Notes: generated by a model not told the origin, from the letters alone. Numbered from the stretch's first letter, positions 31,767-42,943 are shown. The stretch: DNA of 64,000 nucleotides from Pedobacter sp. (GCA_050253415.1 JBFWJC010000001.1:808679-872678), one strand, 5' to 3'. Numbers and translations: made by a program.

Positions 31767-31853
31767 GATTCATCTCCTCAATATGTATCCCCCGACAAAG
31801 CAGGGGGGAAAGGAATGGGGATGTCGTATTTGAAACCTTATTTTTTCAGAGAA

Positions 31854-32171
31854 TTAACCCCCTCGTAAAACGAGATTGTTTATGACCCTCTTGACCCCGG
31901 AGACCCCACTGGCGATTTCCTCTGCGCGTTGTTTCTTTTCCATACTTTCCACAAAGCCGCTCAGTTGGACTACCCCGCCATAAGTTTCAACCTCCACCTG
32001 AATGGCCTGGGTAAGCGAATCGGCCGCCAATTGGGCCTTCACTTTGGTCGAAATGGTTTAATCGTCTAGCTAAGTACCGGTGCTTCGGCTGGTGGAAGAT
32101 CCGGCGCAGCCGGCCAGCGCAAGAATTGTCAAAGCGATCAGCAATCCGGTTATGCGGTGATGTCTCGTCAT
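31854..32171 (-). pseudogene. BON-domain (OsmY-like) lipoprotein with two in-frame stops
   Basis: MTRHH..LAGCAGSSTSRSTGT*LDD*TISTKVKAQL..GVVQLSGFV; TAG at 32070-32072, TAA at 32058-32060. Confidence 0.85.
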
Positions 32172-32287
32172 GACATTTTTCCTTTCGTTTTATAGATATC
32201 CCACGATTCCCGACCAACCGCCCATCATATCTGCGTCGTTGCACCGGACAATGAAAGCGGTATAGCAGGATGTTGAAAAACAGCCTG

Positions 32288-32458
32288 CTATACTTTGGCT
32301 GGCTGCCGGTGCCAGGCGATAAGTGCGAAGAAAAAGAGGATCAGAAATATGCAGAAGAGCACCTTGGCAATTTTGGCTGCCGCCACAGCAATACCGGAAA
32401 ACCCGAAAAGGGCTGCGATCAGAGCAACTGCCAAGAAAATAGCGGCCCATCGTAACAT
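32288..32458 (-). CDS. DUF1328 (YtjA-like) small membrane protein, 56 aa
   Basis: [42 protein letters not shown]; absent from the ORF track. Confidence 0.88.
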   Translation of the reverse strand: MLRWAAIFLAVALIAALFGFSGIAVAAAKIAKVLFCIFLILFFFALIAWHRQPAKV

Positions 32459-32513
32459 GCAATACCTCCTTTTCTAGGTTTGACAAAGGGGCTCTATTTA
32501 AGCCTCTCAAGAA

Positions 32514-32768
32514 TCATTCAACGGTTTCTTTGATCACTTCGCCTGTTTCCTCTACAGCTTGGTCAATCTTTTCACCGGCTTTCTCCGCAGGGCCTTCCTC
32601 ACCCATCATTTCTTCGGTTGTTTCTTCTACTCTTTCCATTGTCTCTTCGACAGTCTGGTCAACTTTTTCGCCGATTTTCTCTGCAGGGCCTTCTTTTTCA
32701 CAGGCCGTGATCAGTAAGGACATTCCGAGAAAGGTCAAGGGAAGTAAGAGATAAAAAAGTTTTTTCAT
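32514..32768 (-). CDS. Small acidic lipoprotein with repeated EGPAEK.GEK.DQ motif
   Basis: Lipobox ITAC; internal duplication; AAGGAG RBS. Confidence 0.85.
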   Translation of the reverse strand: MKKLFYLLLPLTFLGMSLLITACEKEGPAEKIGEKVDQTVEETMERVEETTEEMMGEEGPAEKAGEKIDQAVEETGEVIKETVE

Positions 32769-33386
32769 AATTTTCTCCTTTTTGGCGTATAGGTTCTATG
32801 ACGGGAAAGATCTCGCCTTTTCCTATTTTACCGACGTGATTTTGATGCATGGGGAACTCATTCAATAGATCAGGGAACGTTTTTCGGTTTGCTTTTTTGG
32901 GGTACTGATATTCTTCTTTGTCGATTCATTCCGCATCAAGCCCTCTTTTGATTTATTACATGGAGCATTCCTCTGTCTTTGCGGCATGAGTAAACTACTA
33001 ACACCGCGACCGAGACTGTCAAGGATAAAAAAGTACAAAAAAACAGATAGTTATGGTTTGCTTCCTTAATGATAATTTAAACCCTGACAATTGCCTTGTT
33101 TTGTCTGCACCGAATCGATCGACTTAAAAGCCGTAAGGTGGTGGGTTTTTTGTCTGCCGAAATTTGGGAGGCATGTTCGATGCCTTAAAGGTTTTGGATT
33201 GCCGGTTGTGCAGGGACGGAACAAGTGGTTGGAAATTTACAAAAGGGGTATGACTGACTAAGCAAGCTAGGGGCGTTATAACTCATCTGGAGGTGGCAGG
33301 AAACGGTAGCAGAAGGGAACAGAAAAACCAACCGGCTGGGAAAATCGAGTCGATATCATTTTTATTGAAACGAAAGGAGTAATGCC

Positions 33387-34110
33387 ATGCGCACCTTTTT
33401 CATTCTTTTCTGCCTGTTTTTTGCCTCAAGCGTCTTCGCTGTATGTAGCACAAGACCTACGAGGTTGAGAGCCGGCAGTTCGGGGCTATTACGTCAGTTC
33501 TGCGCCAGGTGCATCCACGGTGCTCTAAGGCACGACTTGGAGGGGTTGACCGGCTATTAAGTAAAGAGTGCGCAAATGGTGTATATGGTGTTTTCCATCG
33601 ATCTCTATGGCACGGTGGGGAGACCTGAGCCCATGGAAGTAAGACAACGGTTGATCAGCGAGTTTGCGGGAATCGTCAACTGATGAGCACTCGCTTACAG
33701 AGGGGCTTGGCGGGGATGCAGGCAGGTTTGGCGGAAATATCGAGAATGCAATTGTCGCTTTCTACTGTTTCGGCGTTTCGACAGTGCTTGAACCGGTTCG
33801 CTCCGGTAATTATCCCAAGGGATTCGTAAGCTTCCATGGCGGATTTGCAACTCTTGAAGCACAGGACTATTCCTGAGGCCCTGGTCTGTTTTTAATTCTT
33901 CACGGCACTGCCGACAGGAACGTGACCATGGCCCCTTTTGCGGCTCTGTCCGTTGATCTTGAAAAGGCAAGCGTTCCTCACGAAATGCTCAGCTTTGGTA
34001 GCGTGCTGCGTTTTTTTACGATTTTATGGAGGATCTTGCCAACGCAAGGATGCCGGCCGAAAATCATGGTAACGTTTTGCAGAGTTTTTGAACCAAACCC
34101 TTCGCGAAAC
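33387..34110 (+). pseudogene. Decayed exported dienelactone hydrolase-family gene
   Basis: RBS and signal peptide, then fragments in shifting frames: GYYVS, HD..GLTGY, IDLYG, YCFG, GFVSFHGG, LILHGTAD, HEM, KSW*RFAEFL; end approximate. Confidence 0.8.
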
Positions 34111-34154
34111 CTGGCGAAGGGCTATCCGCTTAGAGATCGGAGCGGACTTTTCAT

Positions 34155-35009
34155 TCAGGAACGCCCTGTCTGAACCACTTCTACCGGTGCCAGGCTGAAA
34201 ATTTCGCAGGGCATGTCGATCTTGGCCGCACGGAAGCCTTCGTACAGTTTTTCGCGTAACTCGTAGCGCAGGGGTATGTGCTGCTTTTCGTTTTGGATCC
34301 AGACACGGAAACGGACCGTGACATTGAAGTTCCCTAGGGCCTCGATGACCATTTCGGGAGCCGGTTGCTGGAGAAACCGTTCATCCCCCGTGATCGTTTC
34401 CTGAAAAATTTGGCGAAGTCGGGCGAAGTTTTCTCCGACCCCGACGCTGAGATCGACGTCGATTCGCAAAAATGGAAAATTGGTGTAGGAAGCAACCGCG
34501 CTGTTGATTACCTTGGTGTTAGGGACCGCCAGCATCCGGCCGTCAGGGGTGACGATCCTGGTAGTTCGCAGGGTAATGTCATCTACTCTGCCGTAATAGT
34601 CTTCCAGTTCGATGAGATCGCCAAGTACAAAGGGCCGGTCCCAGAAAATGAATAACCCGGAAATGATGTTCGACAAGGCATCCCTTGCTGCAAACCCGAT
34701 GGTTAGTCCGGCGACTCCCAGGCTGGTAAGAATGGAAGTAATGTTGAAACCGAGTTCCTTGAAGGCGCTCAGCAGACCGATGGACAGAATAATTGTTTTG
34801 GAAACGGAGCGGATGAAACTGGCCAGGGTAGGATCCAGCTTCACCCGGCGGAATACCGGTTTGAAGGATCGTTCCAGAATCAGCCAGAGAGTCAAAAAGA
34901 CCATGAAGATGATGAATGCCGACAGTAACTGGGGTACCTTCTCTCCCAGGAAGCGGGCGATGACCTGGGGGTCGAATTGTTCCTTGAGGCCTTGCCAGAT
35001 TTCATTCAT
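34155..35009 (-). CDS. MscS-family mechanosensitive channel
   Basis: SLGVAGLTIGFAARD.LSN, RPFVLGD, ITLRTT, VPN; GAGGAG RBS. Confidence 0.92.
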   Translation of the reverse strand: MNEIWQGLKEQFDPQVIARFLGEKVPQLLSAFIIFMVFLTLWLILERSFKPVFRRVKLDPTLASFIRSVSKTIILSIGLLSAFKELGFNITSILTSLGVAGLTIGFAARDALSNIISGLFIFWDRPFVLGDLIELEDYYGRVDDITLRTTRIVTPDGRMLAVPNTKVINSAVASYTNFPFLRIDVDLSVGVGENFARLRQIFQETITGDERFLQQPAPEMVIEALGNFNVTVRFRVWIQNEKQHIPLRYELREKLYEGFRAAKIDMPCEIFSLAPVEVVQTGRS

Positions 35010-35626
35010 TTTGCTTTCTCCTCTTAAATTGTGATTCTGCCTGCCCAATTTGTCAGAATAAGATAATTCTACTGGGAAATCGGATTTTGGCAGGGTTCCT
35101 GAAAACTTCTGGGGCAGCGTTCCGGATGTATGGGAAAAAACCTGATCTTCCAGAAGCGTATTTTGCTGGTAGGTGGGAAAGACAAAGGAGGACGACGAAG
35201 CCTTTGGGAGTTGAGTTTTGGACGGAAAATATGCGCGAAACACTGTGGACCGACGTCATTAGATGGCTGCCGAGCTAGCGCCCCTGCTCCTGTTGATCAT
35301 AGGCCGGCTAACGATCCGGCGATCATGGGCATTTGGTGTCTGGCGAACGGTAGTCCGGAAGTAAAATCAAAAATGCGAACTTTCTAATTTACTTTTGACT
35401 CGACCTCAACCCTGAGATAGACTTCACTTGTGGGGTCTTAAACCGCCAAATCTGCTTGAGACGAGTACATCTCAGTAATCCGTCTGATCTTAAAGTCTTC
35501 GAAAAGTGAATTCATATATGACAAGTTTTTTGAAGCTCAACGTCGTGATTGCCGTTGAAAGAATCATCAAGGCGATTGAGCTGCGTGGTTTTTAAATCGG
35601 CGGGAACTCTAAAAAAGGAGGAGATT

Positions 35627-35803
35627 ATGGGAACCCTTATCGGCATAATCATTTTCTTGGCCGACATCTGGGCCATCGTTCAGACCGTAAAAAGCTCTGA
35701 ATCGACAGGAAAAAAGTTTTTGTGGATCGTGTTGATCCTGTTTCTTCCGGTGTTCGGCTTACTGGTCTGGTACTTTCTTGGTCCCAAGCCAGGTAAGGTT
35801 TAA
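35627..35803 (+). CDS. PLDc_N-domain small membrane protein
   Basis: DIWAI..KFLWIVLILFLPVFGLLVWYFLG; AGGAGGAG RBS. Confidence 0.85.
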   Translation: MGTLIGIIIFLADIWAIVQTVKSSESTGKKFLWIVLILFLPVFGLLVWYFLGPKPGKV

Positions 35804-35926
35804 TTCATTCTGGTTTCGCAAGCCATTATTTTGCTAGCAACCAGCGTTTTCTTGACAGTTTCCCCATCTCGCCTAGCATTAAACCTAGGTGCCTGACCAA
35901 AAACTTCCAACAGGCGAGGAGGTCAA

Positions 35927-36442
35927 ATGAATGTCTTGGATTACGCCATGAAAATGGAAATGGACGGCAAGGCCTATTACGAAAAGCTGGCTGATAGTTG
36001 CCTGGAGCCAGGGTTAAAAAATATCTTTTCGCGCTTGGCCGGGGACGAACAGAAGCACTACGAAATATTACAGATGCTTAAAGCCGGCGCCGACGCTGCA
36101 GCCATGGCCGATACCGATGTTATTGATGAGGCCAAGAATGTTTTCACTGATCTTCCCGGGAAAAGCGGAACATTGAAGAACATCAAAAAAGACCTGGAGG
36201 CATACCAGCACGCCATGGAGATAGAGGCGGAGAGTTTCCGGTTTTACGAAGATGCTGCCGACAAGGAACCGGATTATTCAATCAAAAAGCTATTTTTGAA
36301 AATCGCCCAGGAGGAACACAAACATTTCACGGTAATGGAAAATGTTTATCATTTTATCAATGCTCCAAACCAATATCTGGCTTGGGCGGAGTTCAGCAAC
36401 CTTGAACAGTTCAGACAATTCGGGAGGGATGTCGACATCTAA
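35927..36442 (+). CDS. Ferritin-like / rubrerythrin-domain protein
   Basis: AMKME..Y, DEQKH, AMEIE..FY, EEHKH di-iron motifs. Confidence 0.9.
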   Translation: MNVLDYAMKMEMDGKAYYEKLADSCLEPGLKNIFSRLAGDEQKHYEILQMLKAGADAAAMADTDVIDEAKNVFTDLPGKSGTLKNIKKDLEAYQHAMEIEAESFRFYEDAADKEPDYSIKKLFLKIAQEEHKHFTVMENVYHFINAPNQYLAWAEFSNLEQFRQFGRDVDI

Positions 36443-36524
36443 AATTGACCACATTACCCGGTCGGAAAAATCCGGACAGGCCTGCAAAAGGCAGCAACAA
36501 CCCCAAACCTAAAGGAGGTACCTT

Positions 36525-36710
36525 ATGGGAACCCACTACATCACTGACGATTGTGTAGCTTGCGGAGCATGTGAACCAGTCTGTCCTGTGAGTGCTATCA
36601 GCGCCGATGAGCCCATTTACATCATCGATCAGGGAACCTGCACCGATTGCGGGGAATGTGACGAAGTCTGCCCGGTCGATGCCATTAAATGGGAAAAGAC
36701 AGCCGGATAG
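36525..36710 (+). CDS. 2x[4Fe-4S] ferredoxin
   Basis: CVACGACEPVCP and CTDCGECDEVCP. Confidence 0.95.
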   Translation: MGTHYITDDCVACGACEPVCPVSAISADEPIYIIDQGTCTDCGECDEVCPVDAIKWEKTAG

Positions 36711-36815
36711 GCAAAAGAGCCGAAGAGGCCCTCCCCCCTATCGGGAAAACTGAAAAGTGGCAGAAATAAAAATCCGACGAAGATTATGTCATGACGGACT
36801 TCTAGGAGATCCCCC

Positions 36816-36843
36816 AAAAAGGCCTCTGGAAAGAGGCCTTTTT
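36816..36843. terminator. Terminator
   Basis: AAAAAGGCCTCT-GGAA-AGAGGCCTTTTT. Confidence 0.8.
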
Positions 36844-37306
36844 ATACCGGACGATCATCTTCTGAATCATCAGGGCTCTGAACGCTTTTGAATACATATG
36901 CCTCTTCACTGCCCCCGGTTCGTCTTGCTGTTGTGAATTCAGTTAGAGGCGACAACTATCCAGACACAGGGGGCCCATAATCCCTGTATTATATGAAAAC
37001 CCCGTACGGTTCGCCAGACGGGGTTTCTGTGTTTTGTAACTCGTGAATTGTTGGAAATACAGGAGTATCTCTTATTTACCGAAGGATATCCCTCGGAGCT
37101 CGATTGGAGCTCAACCGGCCGGCTCGCGGCATTAGTTTAATGGCCGAATTCCGCGGCGTACAGGATTTCTTCGCGCACAGCCTTGAGAACCATCAATCCC
37201 TTCCCGATCAATTCATCGATTCGTCGAACCAAATCCATTGTGTTTATATTCACCTCCGATTTTCTTCGTTCGTTTCGGGTAGGTCCCTGTTTATTGTCCG
37301 AGGTGC

Positions 37307-38215
37307 TCAGCAAAACCATGGATTGTCCGACGAATAGTTCACAAATTTCCACCTAAGAGCGGTTGCATTCTCAGTTTTAATTACCTTGCGGATCTTGAAT
37401 TCCACAATCCGCTCAGCCCCCGGGAATAGAACCACCTGCTCCTTGTCCCAGACGATATTTGCAGTTCCGGACAGTTGCAGAGTTCCGCCTTGTTCGAAGT
37501 CGACAAAAAGCAGGCCAACATTGGGATTTTCAATGATGTTGCCCAAGGTGTTAAACATGCCGTTTCCATTATAATCGGGCCAGATAATCGTTCGTTCGTC
37601 AACGACCTGGACAAATCCTGGGAAACCGCCACGGTGAGAGGCATCGGCACCGCCCAGGGGATGAAAACTGGCGATAAAAAACGTATCGGCATTCCTGATC
37701 CATTGCTGCAGCTCTTCGCTAAGCGCGGCTGACTTCTGAACACTTCGTGACGACGGGAAATCATGGTTACTCAATTCACAGATACGAGCTTGGATGTATC
37801 TCGGGCAATTGGAATATACCTGCCGAGTTCGTACTGAAAAACCATCAAGTCCTTGAACCACGATGCCGTTCAGCCGCAACCGGCGGCGTGTGGAGAAATC
37901 AATTATCAGGAGACCGAGTTCGTTGTCGTCTCGGAGACTTTCACCCAAGGGACCCGCTTCATCCGGTAACGCATCGATCTGCAGGGTGCGTTCGTCCATG
38001 ACAGCCATGAATCCGGGGCGACCGCACAAGACGGATGCCCATGTCATACCGTTCGCGTCGACCGATCCGAGTATCGCCATGGGTTGACTCTGGATAAATT
38101 CGACGAACACATGGGCGATAATCGGAAGGATCGTGCGGCCGACATGGTTTGCCGCTTCGATGGCGCCAGCTTTCATCTGCACCTTAAGTTCACCTGAATG
38201 ATAGGTTGGTTTCAT
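37307..38215 (-). CDS. Pyridoxamine 5'-phosphate oxidase-like FMN-binding protein (tandem domains)
   Basis: YHSGE, RRRLRLNG, NCPRYIQ, DASHRGG.PGFV, PDYNGN.MFNTLGN. Confidence 0.9.
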   Translation of the reverse strand: MKPTYHSGELKVQMKAGAIEAANHVGRTILPIIAHVFVEFIQSQPMAILGSVDANGMTWASVLCGRPGFMAVMDERTLQIDALPDEAGPLGESLRDDNELGLLIIDFSTRRRLRLNGIVVQGLDGFSVRTRQVYSNCPRYIQARICELSNHDFPSSRSVQKSAALSEELQQWIRNADTFFIASFHPLGGADASHRGGFPGFVQVVDERTIIWPDYNGNGMFNTLGNIIENPNVGLLFVDFEQGGTLQLSGTANIVWDKEQVVLFPGAERIVEFKIRKVIKTENATALRWKFVNYSSDNPWFC

Positions 38216-38273
38216 GGTGTCACTCCCCCTTTTGGCTATCGATTATTGGCAAAGGTTGGCCGACACCGACATT

Positions 38274-38915
38274 TCAGGTAGCCAGACAAATCCTGGTTGC
38301 CGGCATGGCGATGAATCCAGGCAAGGCCTCAATGCGTTTCAACCAGGTGCGAATGTGGCCATATTTTTCCAGAGAGACATCCCCTTCCGGGGCATGGGCG
38401 ATATAGCTATAGCAGGCGACGTCGGCAATGGTGGGATGATTCACTGCCAGAAAGTCACGATCCGCCAGATGGGCGTCCAGAATATCAAAGAGCTTGTATG
38501 CGACCTCCTTGCTGGATTCGTGATCAAGGGGGGCATTAAATACGGTTATCAAACGTGCTGCGCAGGGACCACGGAAAATTTCTCCGGAAGCTATCGAAAG
38601 AAAGCGCTGTACCAGCGCAGCACCCTCTGGATCATTAGGCAACCATGTTTCATCGCCATACTTTTTTGCCAGATAAACCAGGATAGCCGTGGAATCATAG
38701 ACAATTACCCCATCATCATCCAGAACCGGAACGGCGCCGAAGGGATTGAGTTTTAGATATTCGGGAGTTCTCTGTTCACCGGCAAGCAGATCGACGGGGA
38801 TGGGTGTGAAAGGCAAGTCCAGCAGCGACGCCATCAGGCGGACGCGATGGGCATGGCCGGACTTTTCAAAATCATAAATTTTCAACGGTTTGTTAGGCTT
38901 GGTGGTAATCGGCAT
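38274..38915 (-). CDS. Glutathione S-transferase family protein
   Basis: SGHAHRVRL, NPFGAVPVL, DSTAILVYLA, TIADVACYSY. Confidence 0.93.
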   Translation of the reverse strand: MPITTKPNKPLKIYDFEKSGHAHRVRLMASLLDLPFTPIPVDLLAGEQRTPEYLKLNPFGAVPVLDDDGVIVYDSTAILVYLAKKYGDETWLPNDPEGAALVQRFLSIASGEIFRGPCAARLITVFNAPLDHESSKEVAYKLFDILDAHLADRDFLAVNHPTIADVACYSYIAHAPEGDVSLEKYGHIRTWLKRIEALPGFIAMPATRICLAT

Positions 38916-39004
38916 GGTGTATCCTCCTTAGCAAGGGTGTGGGGCTTCCGCAACGGGAATACTCTTTGTTTTCAAGTGGTACTAAAAATTATACTGCTTG
39001 ATAC

Positions 39005-39553
39005 CTAGCGGGCCAATAGCTCCTCTGTTGAGATGACCTCCGCGTAGGCGAAGCCGAGTGCGGACATGAAGGCGGCATGAACCATATGGGCAGGGACCGT
39101 GACTCCGTTGAACTCCAGGTCCAAGGTGGCGCAGGCGTCGTGTACCAGGGTGCACTTGTACCCATGGTCACTGGCCGCTCGAGTCACTGCGTCAATGCAC
39201 ATGTGACTCATCGCCCCGACTATGGTGACAGCCTCTATTCCACTCTTGTCCAGGACCTTCTTTAGTTCCGTGCCCTTGAAGCTGTTGACCTGATCCTTTG
39301 TCAGGACCGGCTCCCCTTCCGCTGGTACGACATCGGGGTGGATGGATGCCCCCTCGGAACCGGGAACGAAGAAGGGAGCGGCCTCGTTGGGAAACTCGTG
39401 ACGGACGTGGACGACCAGGTCGCCCGCCTTGCGGGTCGCCTCCAGAATTCGCTTAGCGTTAGCGCTGGCCTTTTCGGTTCCCTCCAAGGTCCACTTGCCG
39501 CCCTGGTAGTAGTCCTTCTGAAGGTCCACCACGATAAGTGCGTTGTTCGACAT
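39005..39553 (-). CDS. Isochorismatase-like cysteine hydrolase
   Basis: VDLQKDY, K..NSF, MSHMCID, DACAT. Confidence 0.92.
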   Translation of the reverse strand: MSNNALIVVDLQKDYYQGGKWTLEGTEKASANAKRILEATRKAGDLVVHVRHEFPNEAAPFFVPGSEGASIHPDVVPAEGEPVLTKDQVNSFKGTELKKVLDKSGIEAVTIVGAMSHMCIDAVTRAASDHGYKCTLVHDACATLDLEFNGVTVPAHMVHAAFMSALGFAYAEVISTEELLAR

Positions 39554-39682
39554 TATCTTTCTCCTTTACGGATGGGGTAAGTGATGGAAAAAGTATAATA
39601 GGTAAATGCCCTACGATAAATTGGCGAATCTGACATATTGTGTGGCATAATTGCCATTTGAAGACAGGTGGGGGAGGAAGGA

Positions 39683-40681
39683 GTGAATCAAGTGGTCCTC
39701 AGAGAGAAATGGGTGGGGATTGTGAAATATCCTGGCGTGCAATTGGCGGCAGTGTATGGCCTGACCGACATGTTCCTAACCGCTAACTCTTTCATCGATT
39801 CAGCAGACGTGGGCGAAGGTGCACGCTTCGCTGTAAGCCACTGGGAGCCAGCCCACTCCGGGACGGGACTCCGCCTTGACTATGCGAGCAGCGCTCCCCC
39901 AGCCACACAACAAAATGTCATCATCGTGCCCGGGAGCTTGGTTCCTGGGAACCTTGAGGTGGTTCCCAGCTCGGTATCGGAGTGGATTCGCGCCCAGTAC
40001 ACCGGTGGGGCCGTGGCCAGCTCTGTCTGCAAGGGGGTGTACGCCCTCGCCCGGAGTGGCATTCTCAGAGGTCGCCGGGTAACCACCCACTGGTCCTGCC
40101 TGGATGAGTTCTCCAGGCTGCACCCTGATGTGTCGCTGGAGATTGACAAGATTATCGTAGACGACGGGGAGATCATTACGGCGGGTGGCGTCATGGCATG
40201 GATGGACCTGGGGCTTAAGTTGATCCACAAGTTCGCCGGTTCCGGTGTGATGATTGACGTTGCGAAGTTCCTTTTGATAGACCCCAGCGGAAGAAAGCAG
40301 AAATACTACCGAGCCTTTTCTCCCCCCACAGACCATGGCGACGAAAAGGTTTTTCGCGTGCAACACTGGCTTCAGGCCCACTTCGGTGAGAACTTATCCC
40401 TGGCAAGAATGGCACACGTTGCAGCCACCAGTGAGCGGACACTGATCAGGAGGTTTCACAATGCCCTGGGAATGAGCCCGACTACATACGTGCAAAAGCT
40501 TCGCACAGGCAAGGCGCGGGAGCTGTTGGAACTGACTCGGTTACCGTTCAACCAAGTCTCCTGGAAGGTCGGATACGAAGACATCGGGGCATTCCGCAAG
40601 GTCTTCCTTCGGGAGATGGGGCTCACACCCGCGCAGTACCGCCGGAAGTTTTACATCACGGAAGGAGAATCATCGGATTAG
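39683..40681 (+). CDS. GlxA-family (DJ-1/PfpI plus AraC) transcriptional regulator
   Basis: SVCKG, TTHW, ITAGG, SERTLIRRF, VGYED..FRKVF; divergent from the hydrolase. Confidence 0.92.
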   Translation: MNQVVLREKWVGIVKYPGVQLAAVYGLTDMFLTANSFIDSADVGEGARFAVSHWEPAHSGTGLRLDYASSAPPATQQNVIIVPGSLVPGNLEVVPSSVSEWIRAQYTGGAVASSVCKGVYALARSGILRGRRVTTHWSCLDEFSRLHPDVSLEIDKIIVDDGEIITAGGVMAWMDLGLKLIHKFAGSGVMIDVAKFLLIDPSGRKQKYYRAFSPPTDHGDEKVFRVQHWLQAHFGENLSLARMAHVAATSERTLIRRFHNALGMSPTTYVQKLRTGKARELLELTRLPFNQVSWKVGYEDIGAFRKVFLREMGLTPAQYRRKFYITEGESSD

Positions 40682-41100
40682 ATAGCCGATACCAATACCT
40701 GCCCTCCTTCAGAGCCCATTGGACAAGTTTTGCGAAATTATAGCAGTCGGTCAATTCTGGGAGCCTACAAGTTGTGTCAGCAAGTTTTTAAATGCCCTGT
40801 TGTGGATGATTCTCATGGGCACTCATTTTCAAGACATTAGCCACTATGATTAAACGGCTTACCAGGAATGCTAGATAGGCCGTCTTGTTTTATGTCTCAG
40901 GATGATTACCCGCTGACTGTAAACAGCTTTTCTACGTTTCTCACAACTCCTGCATTCCGAGACGCCTTGCCCTCGGGTGATCACTATCTGAAATTTTGCC
41001 GAAAAAGAAAAAGGCCCCTACACCGCATAGTGTAAAGGCCTAGCCGAAAAATCAACATGTTACGTGACCCCCTCCGTATGACGGAAGGGGTCGGATTCGG

Positions 41101-42207
41101 TTATTTAAAACTTGCGAGGAATTCTCCGTAGCCTTCCTTCTCCAGTTGGTCCACGGGGATGAAGCGCAGGGCGGCCGAGTTCATGCAATAGCGCAAGCCA
41201 GTCGGCGGCGGGCCGTCGCTAAACACGTGGCCGAGGTGTGAATCACCGTGGCGGCTACGTATTTCGGTGCGCACCGAAAAGAATTTGCGGTCTTCGCGCT
41301 CGACGATATTGTCTTTTACCAGCGGTCGGGTGAAGCTTGGCCAGCCGGTACCTGATGTGTACTTGTCCAGTGAACTGAACAGTGGTTCGCCCGAGACGAT
41401 GTCGACATAGATACCGGCCTGTTTGTTGTCCCAGTATGCGTTTTTAAAGGGGGGTTCGGTACCTTCCTTCTGGGTGACCTTGTACTGCAAAGGTGTCAGA
41501 GTTTTGCGCAGCGTGACATCATCCGGCTTGTGATAGCGGGTGTTGTTGGTCATGGGAACCGCCTTTTTTATTTCCTTGCTCCAGGTTTTTTCCAGAAACT
41601 GGTCGCGCCCCGAATTCCAGCGGTAGTATTTGTAGCGCAGCGGATTTTTCTTATAGTAGTCCTGATGATAATCTTCGGCGATATAGAAGGCTTCAAAGGG
41701 CAGGATCTCCGTCACGATCGGTTTGTCGAAACGTCCCGATTGTTGCAGAGCCTGTTTGGATTTTTCTGCCAAATCGCGCTGTTCTTGATTATGGTAGAAG
41801 ATGGCTGAACGGTACTGGGATCCGCGGTCGACGAACTGGCCGCCGGCATCCGTCGGATCGATATGTCGCCACAGCACATCCAGTAATTGCTCATAACTGA
41901 CTTTGGCAGGGTCGTAGGTAATCTGCACCGCTTCGACATGGCCGGTGCCGCCGGCGGAGACCTGCTTATAGGTCGGATTCGCTACGTTGCCGCCGGTAAA
42001 GCCCGATATAGCTTTGATGACGCCGGGCACTTTCTCAAAATCGGATTCTACGCACCAGAAACATCCCCCGGCAAAGGTCGCCACCATTTGCGTTTTACCT
42101 TTATCCGCCATGTTTGCTTCTTGATCCGACCCCGTCGCCGCCATGGCTACGCCGGCCAGAAATACCAACGTGGTGAAAAGAAGGGTCCTGAACCAGTGAA
42201 TTTTCAT
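41101..42207 (-). CDS. msrAB: Exported peptide methionine sulfoxide reductase MsrA-MsrB fusion
   Basis: Signal peptide; [31 protein letters not shown]. Confidence 0.95.
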   Translation of the reverse strand: MKIHWFRTLLFTTLVFLAGVAMAATGSDQEANMADKGKTQMVATFAGGCFWCVESDFEKVPGVIKAISGFTGGNVANPTYKQVSAGGTGHVEAVQITYDPAKVSYEQLLDVLWRHIDPTDAGGQFVDRGSQYRSAIFYHNQEQRDLAEKSKQALQQSGRFDKPIVTEILPFEAFYIAEDYHQDYYKKNPLRYKYYRWNSGRDQFLEKTWSKEIKKAVPMTNNTRYHKPDDVTLRKTLTPLQYKVTQKEGTEPPFKNAYWDNKQAGIYVDIVSGEPLFSSLDKYTSGTGWPSFTRPLVKDNIVEREDRKFFSVRTEIRSRHGDSHLGHVFSDGPPPTGLRYCMNSAALRFIPVDQLEKEGYGEFLASFK

Positions 42208-42398
42208 GGAGTCACCTCCTGTTTGCTGAGAAGTATCTTTTCCATTATACGCTGCACGGGGACTTCGGTCCAATCGAGGGTGAAATGAGTGCGATCGTTC
42301 GGAGGTTGCAGGGGTAAATGTATTGCAAATCCGGGCGGCCGGCGATAATTTGGATTACGTGACAGATGGCCACCTACACTATTCCGAATGGAGGGTTT

Positions 42399-42803
42399 AT
42401 GCCGTATCTCAAGGGGCGGATCGTAAAGCTGCTGACCGATTATTTCGAGGATGATTACCGGCGCATCCAGCATGCTATCAGTGTATTGCATCACGCCGAA
42501 AACATCATGGAGAAGTCCGATAATCACGATCCGGAGGTGGTGATCGCGGCGGCACTGCTGCACGATGTCGGCATCAAGCCATCGGAGATCGAGCTCGGTT
42601 ACAACAACGGCAAAACCCAGGAAGAATATGGGCCACCGGTGGTGCGCGCGCTGTTGACTGACATCGGCTTCCCGGTAGATAAGCTGCAAAAGGTCGTCGA
42701 CATCGTTGGCAACCATCATTCGCCTTCGCGGTACGATTATCCCGAACTGGCGATTCTCAAAGAGGCCGATCGCATTGTCAACCGGCTGGAGGAGCGCCGA
42801 TAG
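42399..42803 (+). CDS. HD-domain phosphohydrolase
   Basis: RIQH, LLHDVG, NHH, EAD. Confidence 0.88.
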   Translation: MPYLKGRIVKLLTDYFEDDYRRIQHAISVLHHAENIMEKSDNHDPEVVIAAALLHDVGIKPSEIELGYNNGKTQEEYGPPVVRALLTDIGFPVDKLQKVVDIVGNHHSPSRYDYPELAILKEADRIVNRLEERR

Positions 42804-42943
42804 ATTTCATCGAGATATGAAAAAAACACCTTGCCGCACTTGATTTGATCCTGAATAGGGATAATAGCAAAGTATGGGGTGGCGATTTCATTTATCAAAA
42901 ACACTCCGGTTATGTCGCTGTCCGAGGGAAGGCAGGTGAGGTC

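Noticed and set aside
32058..32072. Pyrrolysine or other recoding of the BON gene stops
   Set aside because: A TAA follows the TAG, and no recoding signal or machinery is visible
33387..33560. Small ORF with CARCIH resembling a c-type heme motif
   Set aside because: Not CxxCH; it is an out-of-frame read of the dienelactone hydrolase pseudogene
35010..35390. N-terminal extension of MscS, or a DUF547-like gene remnant
   Set aside because: Strong RBS at the 35009 start; remnant similarity is too weak to support by eye
37137..37352. Short ORF downstream of the PNPOx-like gene
   Set aside because: Overlaps the upstream gene and has no motif; at most a truncated remnant
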